Source of the DNA: an uncultured Acidobacteriota bacterium
GTDB lineage: Bacteria; Acidobacteriota; Thermoanaerobaculia; Multivoradales; UBA5704
DNA length: 64,000 nucleotides
Direction: 5' to 3'
Assembly: GCA_963700145.1 (NCBI GenBank)
Contig: OY969474.1
Coordinates: 4,640,001 to 4,704,000 of the forward strand
Shown: piece by piece, positions 10,041 through 19,505 of the stretch
How positions within the stretch are numbered: the stretch's first letter is position 1
How the letters are laid out: every line of letters begins with the position of its first letter
Notes under the pieces: model-generated
Databases searched by the model: none
What the model was told of the DNA's origin: nothing
Seen by the model: the letters and a program-made list of their open reading frames with translations, nothing else
Translations under genes and position numbers: made by a program

Positions 10041-10489
10041 AGGCGGAGCCGGCCGGGGAGCCTTCCCCCGCGGCGCGGGCGACTTCCCGGAGCGTCCGGG
10101 AGCTTCCCCCGAGGCCGCGGAACAATGCCCGGACGCTCCGCGCAGAGTTCCCAACGGCTCGGAACAGTGCCCGGACGGCCCGGGAACTGTTCCCCACGAC
10201 TTGGAACAACGCCCGGACGGCCCGGGCAGAGTTCCCAACGCCTCGGAACAATGCCCGGACGGTTCGGGAGCTGTTCCGGACGCTTCGGGAACAGTCCCCA
10301 AGGGCTTGGAACAATGCCCGGACGCTCCGGGCATTGTTTCCAACGGTTTGGAACTCTTCCCGGTCCGTCCGGGCATTGTTCCCGGGGGCGGGGAACTCTT
10401 CCCGAACCGTCCGGGCATTGTTCCCGAGAGCTGGGAACTCTTCCCGGTCCGTCCGGGCATTGTTCCCGAGGGCTGGGAACTCCTCCCGG

Positions 10490-11854
10490 GGATGTGTCCC
10501 GATTCTTGTGGAGATTCGGCGTAACCCCCTGACTGTCGGGTTGACGTTAGCTCCTCACGCGGCCTGCGTCCAAATCGTGGCGAGGAAACGTTGCAGGTCT
10601 TGGTGGCCATTGACGCTGCGTAGGCGGATCTGGCCGCAGGCCACCAGTGCCCAGAGCAGGGTCAAGGCCGCCTCTTCGGTGGCGAAGCTGGCCTGGGTCT
10701 TGGTGCGGCGTCGAAACTCGCGATGGAGGTTTTCCAGCGCGTTGGTCGAGCGTAGGGTCCTCCACAGCGAGCGGGGAAACTCGTAGAAGGTCAACAGCTC
10801 CTCTCCGGCCTCCTCGAGCGAGCGGGCGACAGCCGGACACAGGCGAGACCACTTGGCGAGGAAGGCCGCGTAGGCCTGATGGGCCGCCCCACCGTCGCGG
10901 GCCTCGACGATCGGGCGCCAGTCGCGCCGGAGCTCGCCGCGAGCATGGCGCGGGCAGTGCTCCAGCAGGTTTCGGAGCTTGTGCTGGGTGCAACGCTGCA
11001 CGCGCACCCCCGGCCACGCCGCCAGCGCCTTGCGCAAGCCAGCGTGGCCGTCGACGATGAGCAACTCGGGCGCCGCCAAGCCCCGCCGCTGCAGATCCTC
11101 GAGCAGCTCGCCCCACAGCCGCGCCGCCTCGCTCGTGGCCAACCGTAACGCCACCAGGACCTTGCCGCCATCGGGGCGCACGCCCAGAGCGGCCAGCACC
11201 GGCACCGCCACCACCCGCCGGGCCAGCCGCACCTTGACGTGGAACCCGTCGAGAAACAGCAGCGCGTAACGCTCGCCCGCACAATCGCGCTCCCGCCAGG
11301 CCGCAAACCGCTCTTTGAGCCGCCCCACCACGCGCGAGGCCGCGCTCTTGGACAGGTGCTCTTCTCCCAGCAGCGGCGCCAGCGCCTTGCCGATCCGTCG
11401 GCTATTGGCCCCCGCCAGATAGCACGACAGGATCGCCGCGTCGATCTCCCGCACCCGCCGCGCGTAGCGCGGCACCAACGCGCTGGCGAACTCTTCCGTC
11501 GTGCCCTCCACTGTGGCCACCCGACCGCGCGGCACCCGCAGCGGCCGGGTCCCCGCCACCGTCGTCACCCGCCGTAGCGTGGCTCCGTTGCGGTAGCCGC
11601 GGCGCACCGCCGTCCGCTCGTAGGGCTGCGCACCCAGCGCCTCCTGAAGCTCCTGCTCTAGCACCAGCTCCACGGCCTCCAGAAGCCTCTGCTCGAGCAG
11701 CCGCCGGATGTCCTGGCGCAGCGGCACCACCTCCTGCTCTGACGTGCTAGCCTCCCACATGGCGTAACCCTCCTCCGCCGCCCACGCGACGGGATGTGCT
11801 TGACAGCTAGGAGGTTACGCCACTTTCTTTTTCCACAAGAATCGGGACGGATCC
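10490..11854 (-). mobile_element. IS256-family insertion sequence (1365 bp) with 8-bp target duplication
   Basis: TIRs GGATGTGTCCCGATTCTTGTGG and CCACAAGAATCGGGACGGATCC; DR CCTCCCGG at 10482-10489 and 11855-11862. Confidence 0.93.
10555..11760 (-). CDS. IS256-family DDE transposase
   Basis: GYRNG, VPRGR, LFLDG, VDGHAGL, QRCTQHKLRN, STNALENLHREFRRR. Confidence 0.95.
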   Translation of the reverse strand: MWEASTSEQEVVPLRQDIRRLLEQRLLEAVELVLEQELQEALGAQPYERTAVRRGYRNGATLRRVTTVAGTRPLRVPRGRVATVEGTTEEFASALVPRYARRVREIDAAILSCYLAGANSRRIGKALAPLLGEEHLSKSAASRVVGRLKERFAAWRERDCAGERYALLFLDGFHVKVRLARRVVAVPVLAALGVRPDGGKVLVALRLATSEAARLWGELLEDLQRRGLAAPELLIVDGHAGLRKALAAWPGVRVQRCTQHKLRNLLEHCPRHARGELRRDWRPIVEARDGGAAHQAYAAFLAKWSRLCPAVARSLEEAGEELLTFYEFPRSLWRTLRSTNALENLHREFRRRTKTQASFATEEAALTLLWALVACGQIRLRSVNGHQDLQRFLATIWTQAA

Positions 11855-12062
11855 CCTCCCGGTCCGTCCGGGCACTGTTGCTGAGGGCTGAGAACTCTGT
11901 CCGAACCGTCCGGGCAGAGTTTCCGGGCGCTTGGAGCTCCGACCCGACGCCGCGGGAGGAGTTTCTTGCGCCTCCCGACCCGACCCGGACGCTCCGGGAA
12001 GAACTCCCGGCGCCCCGAGCTGCCTCACTGGCTGCTCGAATGTGCCCGTTAGCCTTTGGCGC

Positions 12063-12305
12063 ATGGCACGGCCAGCGATTCCCCCGCCCGGATTCGACGA
12101 GCTCACGGCCGACGAGAAGCTCGACTACATCCAGGCGCTCTGGGACAGTGTCGCCGCTCACCCGGACGAAGTCCCGCTGCCGGAGTGGCACCGGGAGGTG
12201 ATCAGGGAGCGGTTGGCAGCCCATCGCCGCGGAGAAGGGGCGTCGCGGCCCTGGATCGAGGTTCGCGAGGAGCTGCTGTCGCGCCTTCGCTCCGCCGCGC
12301 GGTGA
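12063..12305 (+). CDS. Putative addiction-module antitoxin (TIGR02574-like); cognate toxin absent
   Basis: LTADEKLDYIQALWDSV...PEWHREVIRERL...PWIEVR pattern. Confidence 0.8.
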   Translation: MARPAIPPPGFDELTADEKLDYIQALWDSVAAHPDEVPLPEWHREVIRERLAAHRRGEGASRPWIEVREELLSRLRSAAR

Positions 12306-12339
12306 AGCGCCTAAACCTCTCTGGCGACGATCGGCGACT

Positions 12340-12534
12340 TCAATCCTCGAGGCCCTTGTAGAGCTCCGATTCGTCTCCCAGCTTGTTGTTTGTCGACTCG
12401 AAGAGCCGCGTGGTCGGCGGGCGGCGATCGCCGTAGAACCGCGAAGCCACCAGGCGAAGGCCCTGGCGAATCAGCTCGGAAGCGGAGTGGTAGGCCGCTC
12501 GGGCACGCTTCAAGGCCTTCACGTTCCTCTTCAC
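12340..12534 (-). CDS. Small ribbon-helix-helix-like antitoxin, possibly with an internal deletion
   Basis: 64 aa, SASELIRQGL helix motif; GTGA-coupled to the EVE gene. Confidence 0.4.
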   Translation of the reverse strand: MKRNVKALKRARAAYHSASELIRQGLRLVASRFYGDRRPPTTRLFESTNNKLGDESELYKGLED

Positions 12535-13634
12535 TCCGCCTCTTCGGTGTACTCGTCAAGGACGGTGTCAGATAAGTGCGCGAGGTGCTTCTGCCCAGCA
12601 AGCTCGCGGAGGCTGTCGTAAGAGAGATACGTGCAGCTCTCGGCGAGCGGCCCTTTCTCCAGCAAGGAGAACACGGGGCGGCGAATCTCTTGGAAGACCT
12701 TTTCGCGCTTAACCGCGGGAGCGACGAGATGTAACTTGATGTCCATGTTTGGCTGAAGGGCCAGGAGGTCAGCCATGCGCAGGATGCCCGAATACACCGA
12801 GGTTGTGTGCTCCACTTCAAAAGCCCGGACGATCGACCTCCCCCGCAGCCAGAGCACGTCAATCTGCTCGATCGTTCGGAGAGTGGTATCGTCATAGTTG
12901 AGCGGAAGGCGCTGAAGGAGGTCCTGACCATCGGTCTTCCACTCTTTGAGCACAGCCGCTCGGTCGGCGCGAGGAATCCAGATCGACAACCCCATGCTTG
13001 CACCGATCTGAGCAATGAGCGCTTGGACTTTGGTCGACTCCCTCGTCTCGATTTCTGGTGCCTGTTGCGCGGCATCAATAACCCCGGAATCTTCGGGCAC
13101 CGAGACTGTAACTACCTTGTCAGGGCGGTTAACGGTATGGGTGGCTAGTTTCTTGATGTCCTGTTCATCGATTGGATAGGGCTTGAGCTCGGTGGATTGG
13201 AGCGTCAGCGTTTCGGCGAGGAACTTACCATCGCGGTCGTCGAGGCGCACCAAGCTGCTGCGGACCTTGCCGGTCCAGCCCGTAGAACCCTTCTCTAGAT
13301 TTCGGGTGAAGGAGAGGCCGTTCCAAATTGCATCATCGTGGATTGGGATGGATTTGTCGATCTCCAGCCACACTCGTTCTCGAACGCGGAAGCGCAGGAC
13401 GAACGGATCATCCTCGGGCAGGAAGAGCGATTTGTTATCAACGAAGGGCCCCTCAACAACCGCCAAGAGTCCAACCCACCGTGACAAGCGCGTGAGGTAG
13501 CACACGAACATATCACCGGGTTTGACGCGCTCGGCCATTCCCTTATGGCGCAGGCGAAAGCCCGAAATGTCACGTGCTGAGCGCGTGAATGCGTCGTACG
13601 TCTCAGGAGAGCAAATGTCGATGAAGTACGCCAT
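12531..13634 (-). CDS. EVE-domain protein with C-terminal PD-(D/E)XK-like nuclease fold
   Basis: N-terminal VKPGDMFVCYLTRLSRWVG (EVE/PUA-like); C-terminal IDVLW...AFEVEHTTSVYSGILRMADL; low GC. Confidence 0.75.
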   Translation of the reverse strand: MAYFIDICSPETYDAFTRSARDISGFRLRHKGMAERVKPGDMFVCYLTRLSRWVGLLAVVEGPFVDNKSLFLPEDDPFVLRFRVRERVWLEIDKSIPIHDDAIWNGLSFTRNLEKGSTGWTGKVRSSLVRLDDRDGKFLAETLTLQSTELKPYPIDEQDIKKLATHTVNRPDKVVTVSVPEDSGVIDAAQQAPEIETRESTKVQALIAQIGASMGLSIWIPRADRAAVLKEWKTDGQDLLQRLPLNYDDTTLRTIEQIDVLWLRGRSIVRAFEVEHTTSVYSGILRMADLLALQPNMDIKLHLVAPAVKREKVFQEIRRPVFSLLEKGPLAESCTYLSYDSLRELAGQKHLAHLSDTVLDEYTEEAE

Positions 13635-13702
13635 GTACGTTTACGCTCCCGCCTAGGTCAACCGCTCCTTGCGAGCATCTTATCCCCTGCCGGACTTCTG
13701 GC

Positions 13703-14869
13703 CTACGCTGGCTTGAGAAACCGAGCCCCCAAGCCACCGAAAACCACTCCGAAGCCGAGGAGCACCGCGGCCGGCAGGACAACCGCTTCGATCCCCCGCC
13801 CGAAGCTGATCAGGGCGTGGAAGGCGTCCATGGCCCAGGCGGTGGGGAAGACGTGGGCGGCGCGCCAGAGCCAGCGGGGCATGAGCTCGCTCGGCCACCA
13901 GCAGCCGCCGAGGGCGGCCATCACCATGCTGGCGATCCAGCCGACGGCGGAGGCCTGCTCCGGGGTGCGGAAGACGGCGCCGCAGAAGGTGGCGAGGCCG
14001 GCGACGCAGAAGGCGTAGGCGGCGAGGAGGAGGGCGAGGCCGCCGGGCGACCGCCCGAAGTCCAGGCCGAAGAGGAAGCGGCCGGCGGCGAGGAGCACGG
14101 CGACCTGGAGCGCCGCCAGGATCAGCCTCCCGGCGAGCTTCCCGAGGACGAGCGCCGGGCGCGAGAGCGGCAGGCTCACCTGCCGCCGCAGCATCCCCTC
14201 GCGCCGCTCGATCGTCAGGAAGACGCCGCCGTAGATGACGGTCATCATGAGGACCATCATCGTCAGGATGCCGGGGACGCTCTGCGCCATGCCGGCGGGG
14301 ACCGGCCGGCCGTGCCCCGCCGTCGAGACGGCGACCGAGACCAACCGCGGCCGCGCCGCCAGGCGGGCCAGCTCCGCCTTGGCGGCGGCGGGGGTCGCCT
14401 GCGGCGGGAGCTTGCCCGCCGCGTTCATCTCGACCAGCAGGCCCAAGGTGCGGGTAACGGCGCGCATCAGGTTGACGTCGGCGGCACGCGAGAAGTCGCG
14501 ATCGGCCTTCTCGTCGCGCTCGATGCGCAGCGTCTGCGGCTCGCCGGCGAGGACCTTGGCGGTGAAACCCGCGGGGATCGTGAGGGTGCGGACCTTCTCC
14601 TCGGCCGCCGCCGGCGCGGCGGGGGCGACCTCGCGCAGCGCGACGCTCTCGTCGGCGAGCTGCGCAACGAGAGCGCGGGCCAGGAAGCCGCCGTCGCGGT
14701 CCACGACGGTCAGGGTGACCTTCGGCGGCCCTGCATCGCCGCCGCCGCCGCCGACCTGGCCGAAGAACCACATCAGCGCCACCGGAAAGACGAGCATCCA
14801 GAGGAACGACGCCCGCTCCCGCATCGTCAGCCGGAGGTCGTTGAGCGCTAGGCGGAGAACGTTCCTCAC
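13703..14869 (-). CDS. ABC-2 type exporter permease
   Basis: Multi-TM, ERREGMLRR, LGGCWWP, PTAWAMDAF. Confidence 0.88.
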   Translation of the reverse strand: MRNVLRLALNDLRLTMRERASFLWMLVFPVALMWFFGQVGGGGGDAGPPKVTLTVVDRDGGFLARALVAQLADESVALREVAPAAPAAAEEKVRTLTIPAGFTAKVLAGEPQTLRIERDEKADRDFSRAADVNLMRAVTRTLGLLVEMNAAGKLPPQATPAAAKAELARLAARPRLVSVAVSTAGHGRPVPAGMAQSVPGILTMMVLMMTVIYGGVFLTIERREGMLRRQVSLPLSRPALVLGKLAGRLILAALQVAVLLAAGRFLFGLDFGRSPGGLALLLAAYAFCVAGLATFCGAVFRTPEQASAVGWIASMVMAALGGCWWPSELMPRWLWRAAHVFPTAWAMDAFHALISFGRGIEAVVLPAAVLLGFGVVFGGLGARFLKPA

Positions 14870-16128
14870 GCCAACGCCCCGCGCCGCGCCGCGCGGTGGA
14901 GCAGGAAGCCGCCGAGCGCCAGGAGGGCGGCGCCGAGGCCGGCGAGGACCGCGATGTTGGGGAGGACGTCGCGCAGGGTGCCCGCCGACTCGATGAGCGT
15001 CCGGTACCCGGTCGTCCCCCAGTAGAAGGGCGACACCGGCGACACGGCGCGCACCGCCCGCGGCAGCCCCTCGAGGTTGACGAAGCTGCCGCCCGCCATC
15101 GCCAGGACGAGGTAGAGGATCGAGCCGATGGTGGCGCCGCGGCGCTCGTTGAGCGCCAGCCCGTAGATCGTCGCCGAGGTGCCGGTCACCGCCAGGACGA
15201 GCGCCAGGGAGAGCAGGAGGAAGCCCGCCGGGTCCACCCCCCGCCGCAGCACCACCGCCCCGACGGCCGCGAGCACGCCGAGCGCGATGAGCGCGAGGAC
15301 CGCCGTGTAGAGCGCCTTGCCGAGCACCAGCGTGCCGCCGCCGATCGGCCCCGCGAGCTGCCGCCGCAGCGTGCCCGCCGTCGACTCGGCGATGATGTCG
15401 CGCATCGCCAGGTCGCCGACCAGGAAGAGCGCGTAGACCGAGATCCCGGGCAGGATGACGAGGAAGATCAGCGAGACCTCGGAGCCGGAGTCCTCGCCCG
15501 CCGGCTGCGGCTGGAGCGACGCGGTGTCGAAGGCGATGACCGGCGGCGAGAGGACGGCCGCGGCGCCCTCGAAGGCGCGGCGCACGGCGAGCGCGACGGC
15601 GACCGTCGTCTCCTCCGTGGGCGGCTCCGCGCCGGGCCGCGCCGAGGAGGCGATCCGCTCGAGCGGCCCGCGCAGGACGCGCGAGCCGGCGTCGAGGACG
15701 TCGGCCAGCACGCGCGCGAGCTGCTCGGCGATCTCCGGTAGGATCCCCTGTGCCGGGTTGCGGACCACGGCGAGTTGCACCGGTTTGCCGTCGAGGAGGT
15801 TTTGGGTGAAACCCTTCGGGATGCGGAGGAGGGCCGAGGCCTCGCCCTTCTCCATCCGCGCGGCGCCCTCGGTCCCCACGACCTCGACCTCGACCAGCTC
15901 GGCCAGCCGCTCCGACTGCAGGGCGGAGAGCAGGGCGTCCGCCGCGATGCCGCCGTCGCGGTCCTCGACCAGCAGATGGGCTTGCGGCGTGCGGTCGCCC
16001 CGCGCGCCGAAGGAGAGGGCGATCAGGAACGCGAAGACCACCGGGAAGCTGAGCACGATGAGCAGCCCGAGCGGCGACCGGGCCTTGCGCCGCAGGTCCT
16101 TCCCGACCAGCAGCAGGAGGGTGCGCAT
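14866..16128 (-). CDS. ABC-2 type exporter permease
   Basis: MRTLLLLVGKDLRR start coupled to the ATPase stop; GTLRRQL, SPFYW; the real gene is only the 3' part of the 1418-aa ORF. Confidence 0.85.
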   Translation of the reverse strand: MRTLLLLVGKDLRRKARSPLGLLIVLSFPVVFAFLIALSFGARGDRTPQAHLLVEDRDGGIAADALLSALQSERLAELVEVEVVGTEGAARMEKGEASALLRIPKGFTQNLLDGKPVQLAVVRNPAQGILPEIAEQLARVLADVLDAGSRVLRGPLERIASSARPGAEPPTEETTVAVALAVRRAFEGAAAVLSPPVIAFDTASLQPQPAGEDSGSEVSLIFLVILPGISVYALFLVGDLAMRDIIAESTAGTLRRQLAGPIGGGTLVLGKALYTAVLALIALGVLAAVGAVVLRRGVDPAGFLLLSLALVLAVTGTSATIYGLALNERRGATIGSILYLVLAMAGGSFVNLEGLPRAVRAVSPVSPFYWGTTGYRTLIESAGTLRDVLPNIAVLAGLGAALLALGGFLLHRAARRGALA

Positions 16129-17066
16129 CAGTCGCGCAGCTCCCTCCCGGTGAGGTCGAGGAAGACGCTGTTGAGGCTCGGCGGCTGGATCTCGACGCCG
16201 TCGAGGTCGAGCCCCGAGGCGAGCACGCCGGCGAGGGCGTCGAGGGCGGCCTTGCCGGCGCCGGCGACGGAGAGGACGATCTTGCCCGGCGTCGCGGCGA
16301 CGACCTGGACGCCGGGCAGCGCCGCCAGCTTGGCGCGCGCCTCCTCGACCTCGAAGCCGCCGGAGACGGTCAAGATCTCCTTCTCGCCGACGCGGCGCTT
16401 CAGCTCGTCCACCGTCCCCTCGGCCAGGATGCGGCCGTGGTCGATGATCGCCACGCGGTCGCACAGCGTCTCGGCCTCCTCGAGGTAGTGGGTGGTGTAG
16501 ACGACGGTCGTGCCGGCAGCCGCGACGGCGCGCACGGCCTCGAGGATGTTGGCTCGGGCCTGCGGGTCGATCCCCACGGTCGGCTCGTCCATGAGCACGG
16601 CGCGCGGCCCGTGGACGAGGCCGAGCGCCAAGTTGAGCCGGCGCTTCATGCCGCCGGAGTAGGTGCGGACCTGGTCCTTGGCGCGGCCGGTGAGGCCGAC
16701 CTGCTCGAGGACGCGCTCGACGGCGCGGTCGCGGTCGGCGCCGGCGAGGCCGTAGAGCCCGGCCCAGAAGCTGAGGTTCTCGCGCGCCGAGAGGGTGTCG
16801 TAGAGCGCCGTCTCCTGGGGGACGACGCCGAGCTGCGCCTTGACGCGGATCGGGTCGGAGGCGAGCTCGACGCCGTCGAAGAAGACGCGCCCCTCGTCCG
16901 GCTCGAGCAGGCCCGAGAGGATCGACATGGTCGTCGTCTTGCCAGCGCCGTTGGGCCCCAGGAGCCCGTACAGCTCCCCCTTGCGCACCTCGAAGGAGAC
17001 CCCGTCCACCGCCCGCAGGTCGCCGTAGCGCTTGACCAGCCCTTCGACCCTGAACACGCGGGCCAT
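16128..17066 (-). CDS. ABC exporter ATP-binding protein
   Basis: GPNGAGKTT, YSGGMKRRL, MDEPTVGIDP; start at ATG 17066 or GTG 17057. Confidence 0.93.
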   Translation of the reverse strand: MARVFRVEGLVKRYGDLRAVDGVSFEVRKGELYGLLGPNGAGKTTTMSILSGLLEPDEGRVFFDGVELASDPIRVKAQLGVVPQETALYDTLSARENLSFWAGLYGLAGADRDRAVERVLEQVGLTGRAKDQVRTYSGGMKRRLNLALGLVHGPRAVLMDEPTVGIDPQARANILEAVRAVAAAGTTVVYTTHYLEEAETLCDRVAIIDHGRILAEGTVDELKRRVGEKEILTVSGGFEVEEARAKLAALPGVQVVAATPGKIVLSVAGAGKAALDALAGVLASGLDLDGVEIQPPSLNSVFLDLTGRELRD

Positions 17067-17109
17067 TATGGCGCGACTCCCTGCTCGCTCGTTCGCGCAC
17101 TCTTCTTTT

Positions 17110-19434
17110 ATGATGCGATCCCTCCCTCTCGCCCTCATGACCATGCTGCCGCTCGCGGCAGTCCCCGTTCCCGCCGCCGCCCAGCCGCAGCCCGAGGTCG
17201 GCATCCAGGTGCGCTTCGACGTCTCGCCGCCGCTCGCCGAGATCCCGCCCGTCGTCCCCAAGCCGGGGCCGAACCGGGAGGTCCCGAACCTGCGCTACGA
17301 CCGCCCCTCCCGCCCGGCGGCCCCGGGAGGCGATCCGCTGCTCGCCTCGTCCCAGGCCTTCGGTCCCTCCACGCCGAGCACGCCCGCGCCCATCCACAAC
17401 CTCGAAGGCATGTCCGCCGACGACAACTTCGCGCTCCTCGCCATGCGCTTCGCGCCCGCGGACCCGGTGGGGGACGTCGGGCCGACGCACTACGTCCAGG
17501 CGGTGAACCTGCTGCTCTCGGTGCACCTGAAGAGCACCGGCGCGCGGATCTTCGGGCCGGTGGCGCTCAAGACCCTGTGGTCCGGCTTCGGCGGCCTCTG
17601 CGAGAGCCAGAACGACGGCGACCCGATCGTGCTCTACGACGACGCCGCCGACCGCTGGGTGATCAGCCAGTTCGCGATCGATTCGAGCTTCTCCGGCCAC
17701 CAGTGCATCGCCGTCTCGACCACCGGCAACCCCACCGGCTCCTACCACCGCTACGACTTCGCGATGACCCCCGGCTTCCTCAACGACTACCCCAAGATCG
17801 CCGTCTGGCCGGACGGCTACTACATGAGCGTCAACGAGTTCGACGACCTGGGCTACTTCTACGGCGTGACGGTGGTCGCGTTCGAGCGCGCGCCGATGTT
17901 GGCCGGCGCCTCGGCCCAGATGGTCCTGTTCCATCCCTACCCCTGCGGCATGTTCAACCCCCCCGTGCCCGAGTGCCCGTTCAGCCTGCAGCCGGCGCAC
18001 TGGGAGGGCGGGACGCCGCCCCCCGGCGGGACGCCCAACCCCTTCCTCATGGCCTGGGACGACGAGGTCAACGGCACCGGCGCCAACCCGGACGGCTACC
18101 GCCTCTACGACTTCGCGGTCAACTGGGCGACTCCGGCAAGCTCCACCTTCACCGCCCGGCCGCACGTCACGTCCCCGGAGCTCGACCGCCAGATCGTCGA
18201 CGTGCCGCAGCCCGGGTCCGGCGAGGACCTCGACGCGCTGGCCGACTACACGATGTACCGCCTGCAGTACCGCAGCTTCGGCGGCTACGAGGCCCTGGTG
18301 ACCAACCACACGGTCGACGTCAACGGCGCGGACCTCGCCGGCATCCGCTGGGCGGAGCTGCGCCGCAGCGGCGGCGGCGGCTGGACCCTGCACCAGACCG
18401 GCACCCACGCGCCGGCCGACGGCCTCCACCGCTGGAACGGCAGCATCGCGATGGACGGCTTCGGGCACATCGCCCTCGGCTACAACGTGGTCTCGTCGTC
18501 GAAGCACGCCTCGATCCGCTACGTCAGCCGGGCGGCGGCCGATCCGCTCGGCACCCTGCCCGGCGGCGAGATCGAGCTGGTCGCCGGCTCGGGCGTGCAG
18601 CGGGACTCGGGCAACCGCTGGGGGGACTACGCGGCGCTGAGCGTCGACCCGGCCGACGACTGCACCTTCTGGCTCACCCAGGAGTACCTGACCGACACCG
18701 GCCAGTACGACTGGAAGACCCGCATCGGCGCCTTCGACCTGTGCGGCGCCGGCTGCACGCCGACGGAGAGCCCGGAGGTGAGCTGCGCCGACGGCCTCGA
18801 CAACGACTGCGACGGCCTGACCGACGCGGCCGACCCCGACTGCGGCGGCCCGCCGCCGCCCACCACCACCACCTTCACCTCGGTGGCGGCCGACGACGGC
18901 TACGTCCTCGAGTCGGGCGAGAACACCAACGTCGGCGGCTCGAACAAGAGCAACGACAGCGGCACCAGCGCCCTCCGCGCCGGCGACAACCAGCAGGACC
19001 GGCAGTACCGCAGCGTCCTCTCGTTCGACACCGCGCCGATCCCGGACGGCGCCACGGTCCAGACCGTGACCCTGCGCGTGCGGCGCGGGTCGCTGACCGG
19101 CACCAGTCCCTTCACCACCCACGGCAGCCTGACCGCGGACGTCCGCACCGGCGGCTTCAACGGCAACGCCGCCCTGGAGAACGCCGACTTCCAGGCCGCG
19201 GCGACCGCGACGGCCGTCTGCACGCTGTCCAACGCCCCGGCCAACGGCGACTGGTCGGAGTGCACACTCGACGCCGCCGGCCTCGCGGCCGTCAACAAGA
19301 CCGGCAAGACCCAGGTCCGCATCCGCTTCACGACTGACGACAACGACGACACCGGCAACGACTACCTGGGCTATTACTCGGGCGACAACGGGACCGCGGC
19401 GAACCGGCCGCAGCTGGTGGTGACGTACCAGTAG
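17110..19434 (+). CDS. Large secreted protein with a Cys/Asp metal-binding-like motif and a C-terminal DNRLRE/CBM-like domain
   Basis: Signal peptide; DPVGDVGPTHYVQAVN, NDYPK, RWGDY; CADGLDNDCDGLTDAADPDC; ends RPQLVVTY. Confidence 0.7.
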   Translation: MMRSLPLALMTMLPLAAVPVPAAAQPQPEVGIQVRFDVSPPLAEIPPVVPKPGPNREVPNLRYDRPSRPAAPGGDPLLASSQAFGPSTPSTPAPIHNLEGMSADDNFALLAMRFAPADPVGDVGPTHYVQAVNLLLSVHLKSTGARIFGPVALKTLWSGFGGLCESQNDGDPIVLYDDAADRWVISQFAIDSSFSGHQCIAVSTTGNPTGSYHRYDFAMTPGFLNDYPKIAVWPDGYYMSVNEFDDLGYFYGVTVVAFERAPMLAGASAQMVLFHPYPCGMFNPPVPECPFSLQPAHWEGGTPPPGGTPNPFLMAWDDEVNGTGANPDGYRLYDFAVNWATPASSTFTARPHVTSPELDRQIVDVPQPGSGEDLDALADYTMYRLQYRSFGGYEALVTNHTVDVNGADLAGIRWAELRRSGGGGWTLHQTGTHAPADGLHRWNGSIAMDGFGHIALGYNVVSSSKHASIRYVSRAAADPLGTLPGGEIELVAGSGVQRDSGNRWGDYAALSVDPADDCTFWLTQEYLTDTGQYDWKTRIGAFDLCGAGCTPTESPEVSCADGLDNDCDGLTDAADPDCGGPPPPTTTTFTSVAADDGYVLESGENTNVGGSNKSNDSGTSALRAGDNQQDRQYRSVLSFDTAPIPDGATVQTVTLRVRRGSLTGTSPFTTHGSLTADVRTGGFNGNAALENADFQAAATATAVCTLSNAPANGDWSECTLDAAGLAAVNKTGKTQVRIRFTTDDNDDTGNDYLGYYSGDNGTAANRPQLVVTYQ

Positions 19435-19505
19435 CCGCCGGGCCGGGGCGCGGTTTGACCGCTCCGCCCGCGGCGGAGTAGTTTCTGCGGCCGACTCTCC
19501 CGGTC

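Larger units (their letters stand above)
10063..12023. repeat. Degenerate 21-bp (42-bp dimer) palindromic tandem array, about 28 units, interrupted by IS256
   Basis: Units such as GTTCCC-N7-GGGAAC-NN alternate with TGCCCG-N7-CGGGCA-NN; the register continues across the IS. Confidence 0.85.

Noticed and set aside
9858-10786. Heptad-repeat ORFs across array A (and 29608-30186 across array B)
   Set aside because: Open in several frames on both strands simply because a stop-poor 21-bp unit is repeated; no RBS or domain signal
10063-12023. CRISPR or TIGR array interpretation
   Set aside because: Repeats are degenerate, variable parts are only 7 nt and recur between units, and no cas or Nop-domain gene is present
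12531-13700. EVE gene as an integron cassette
   Set aside because: No GTTRRRY/RYYYAAC cores or attC hairpin flank it
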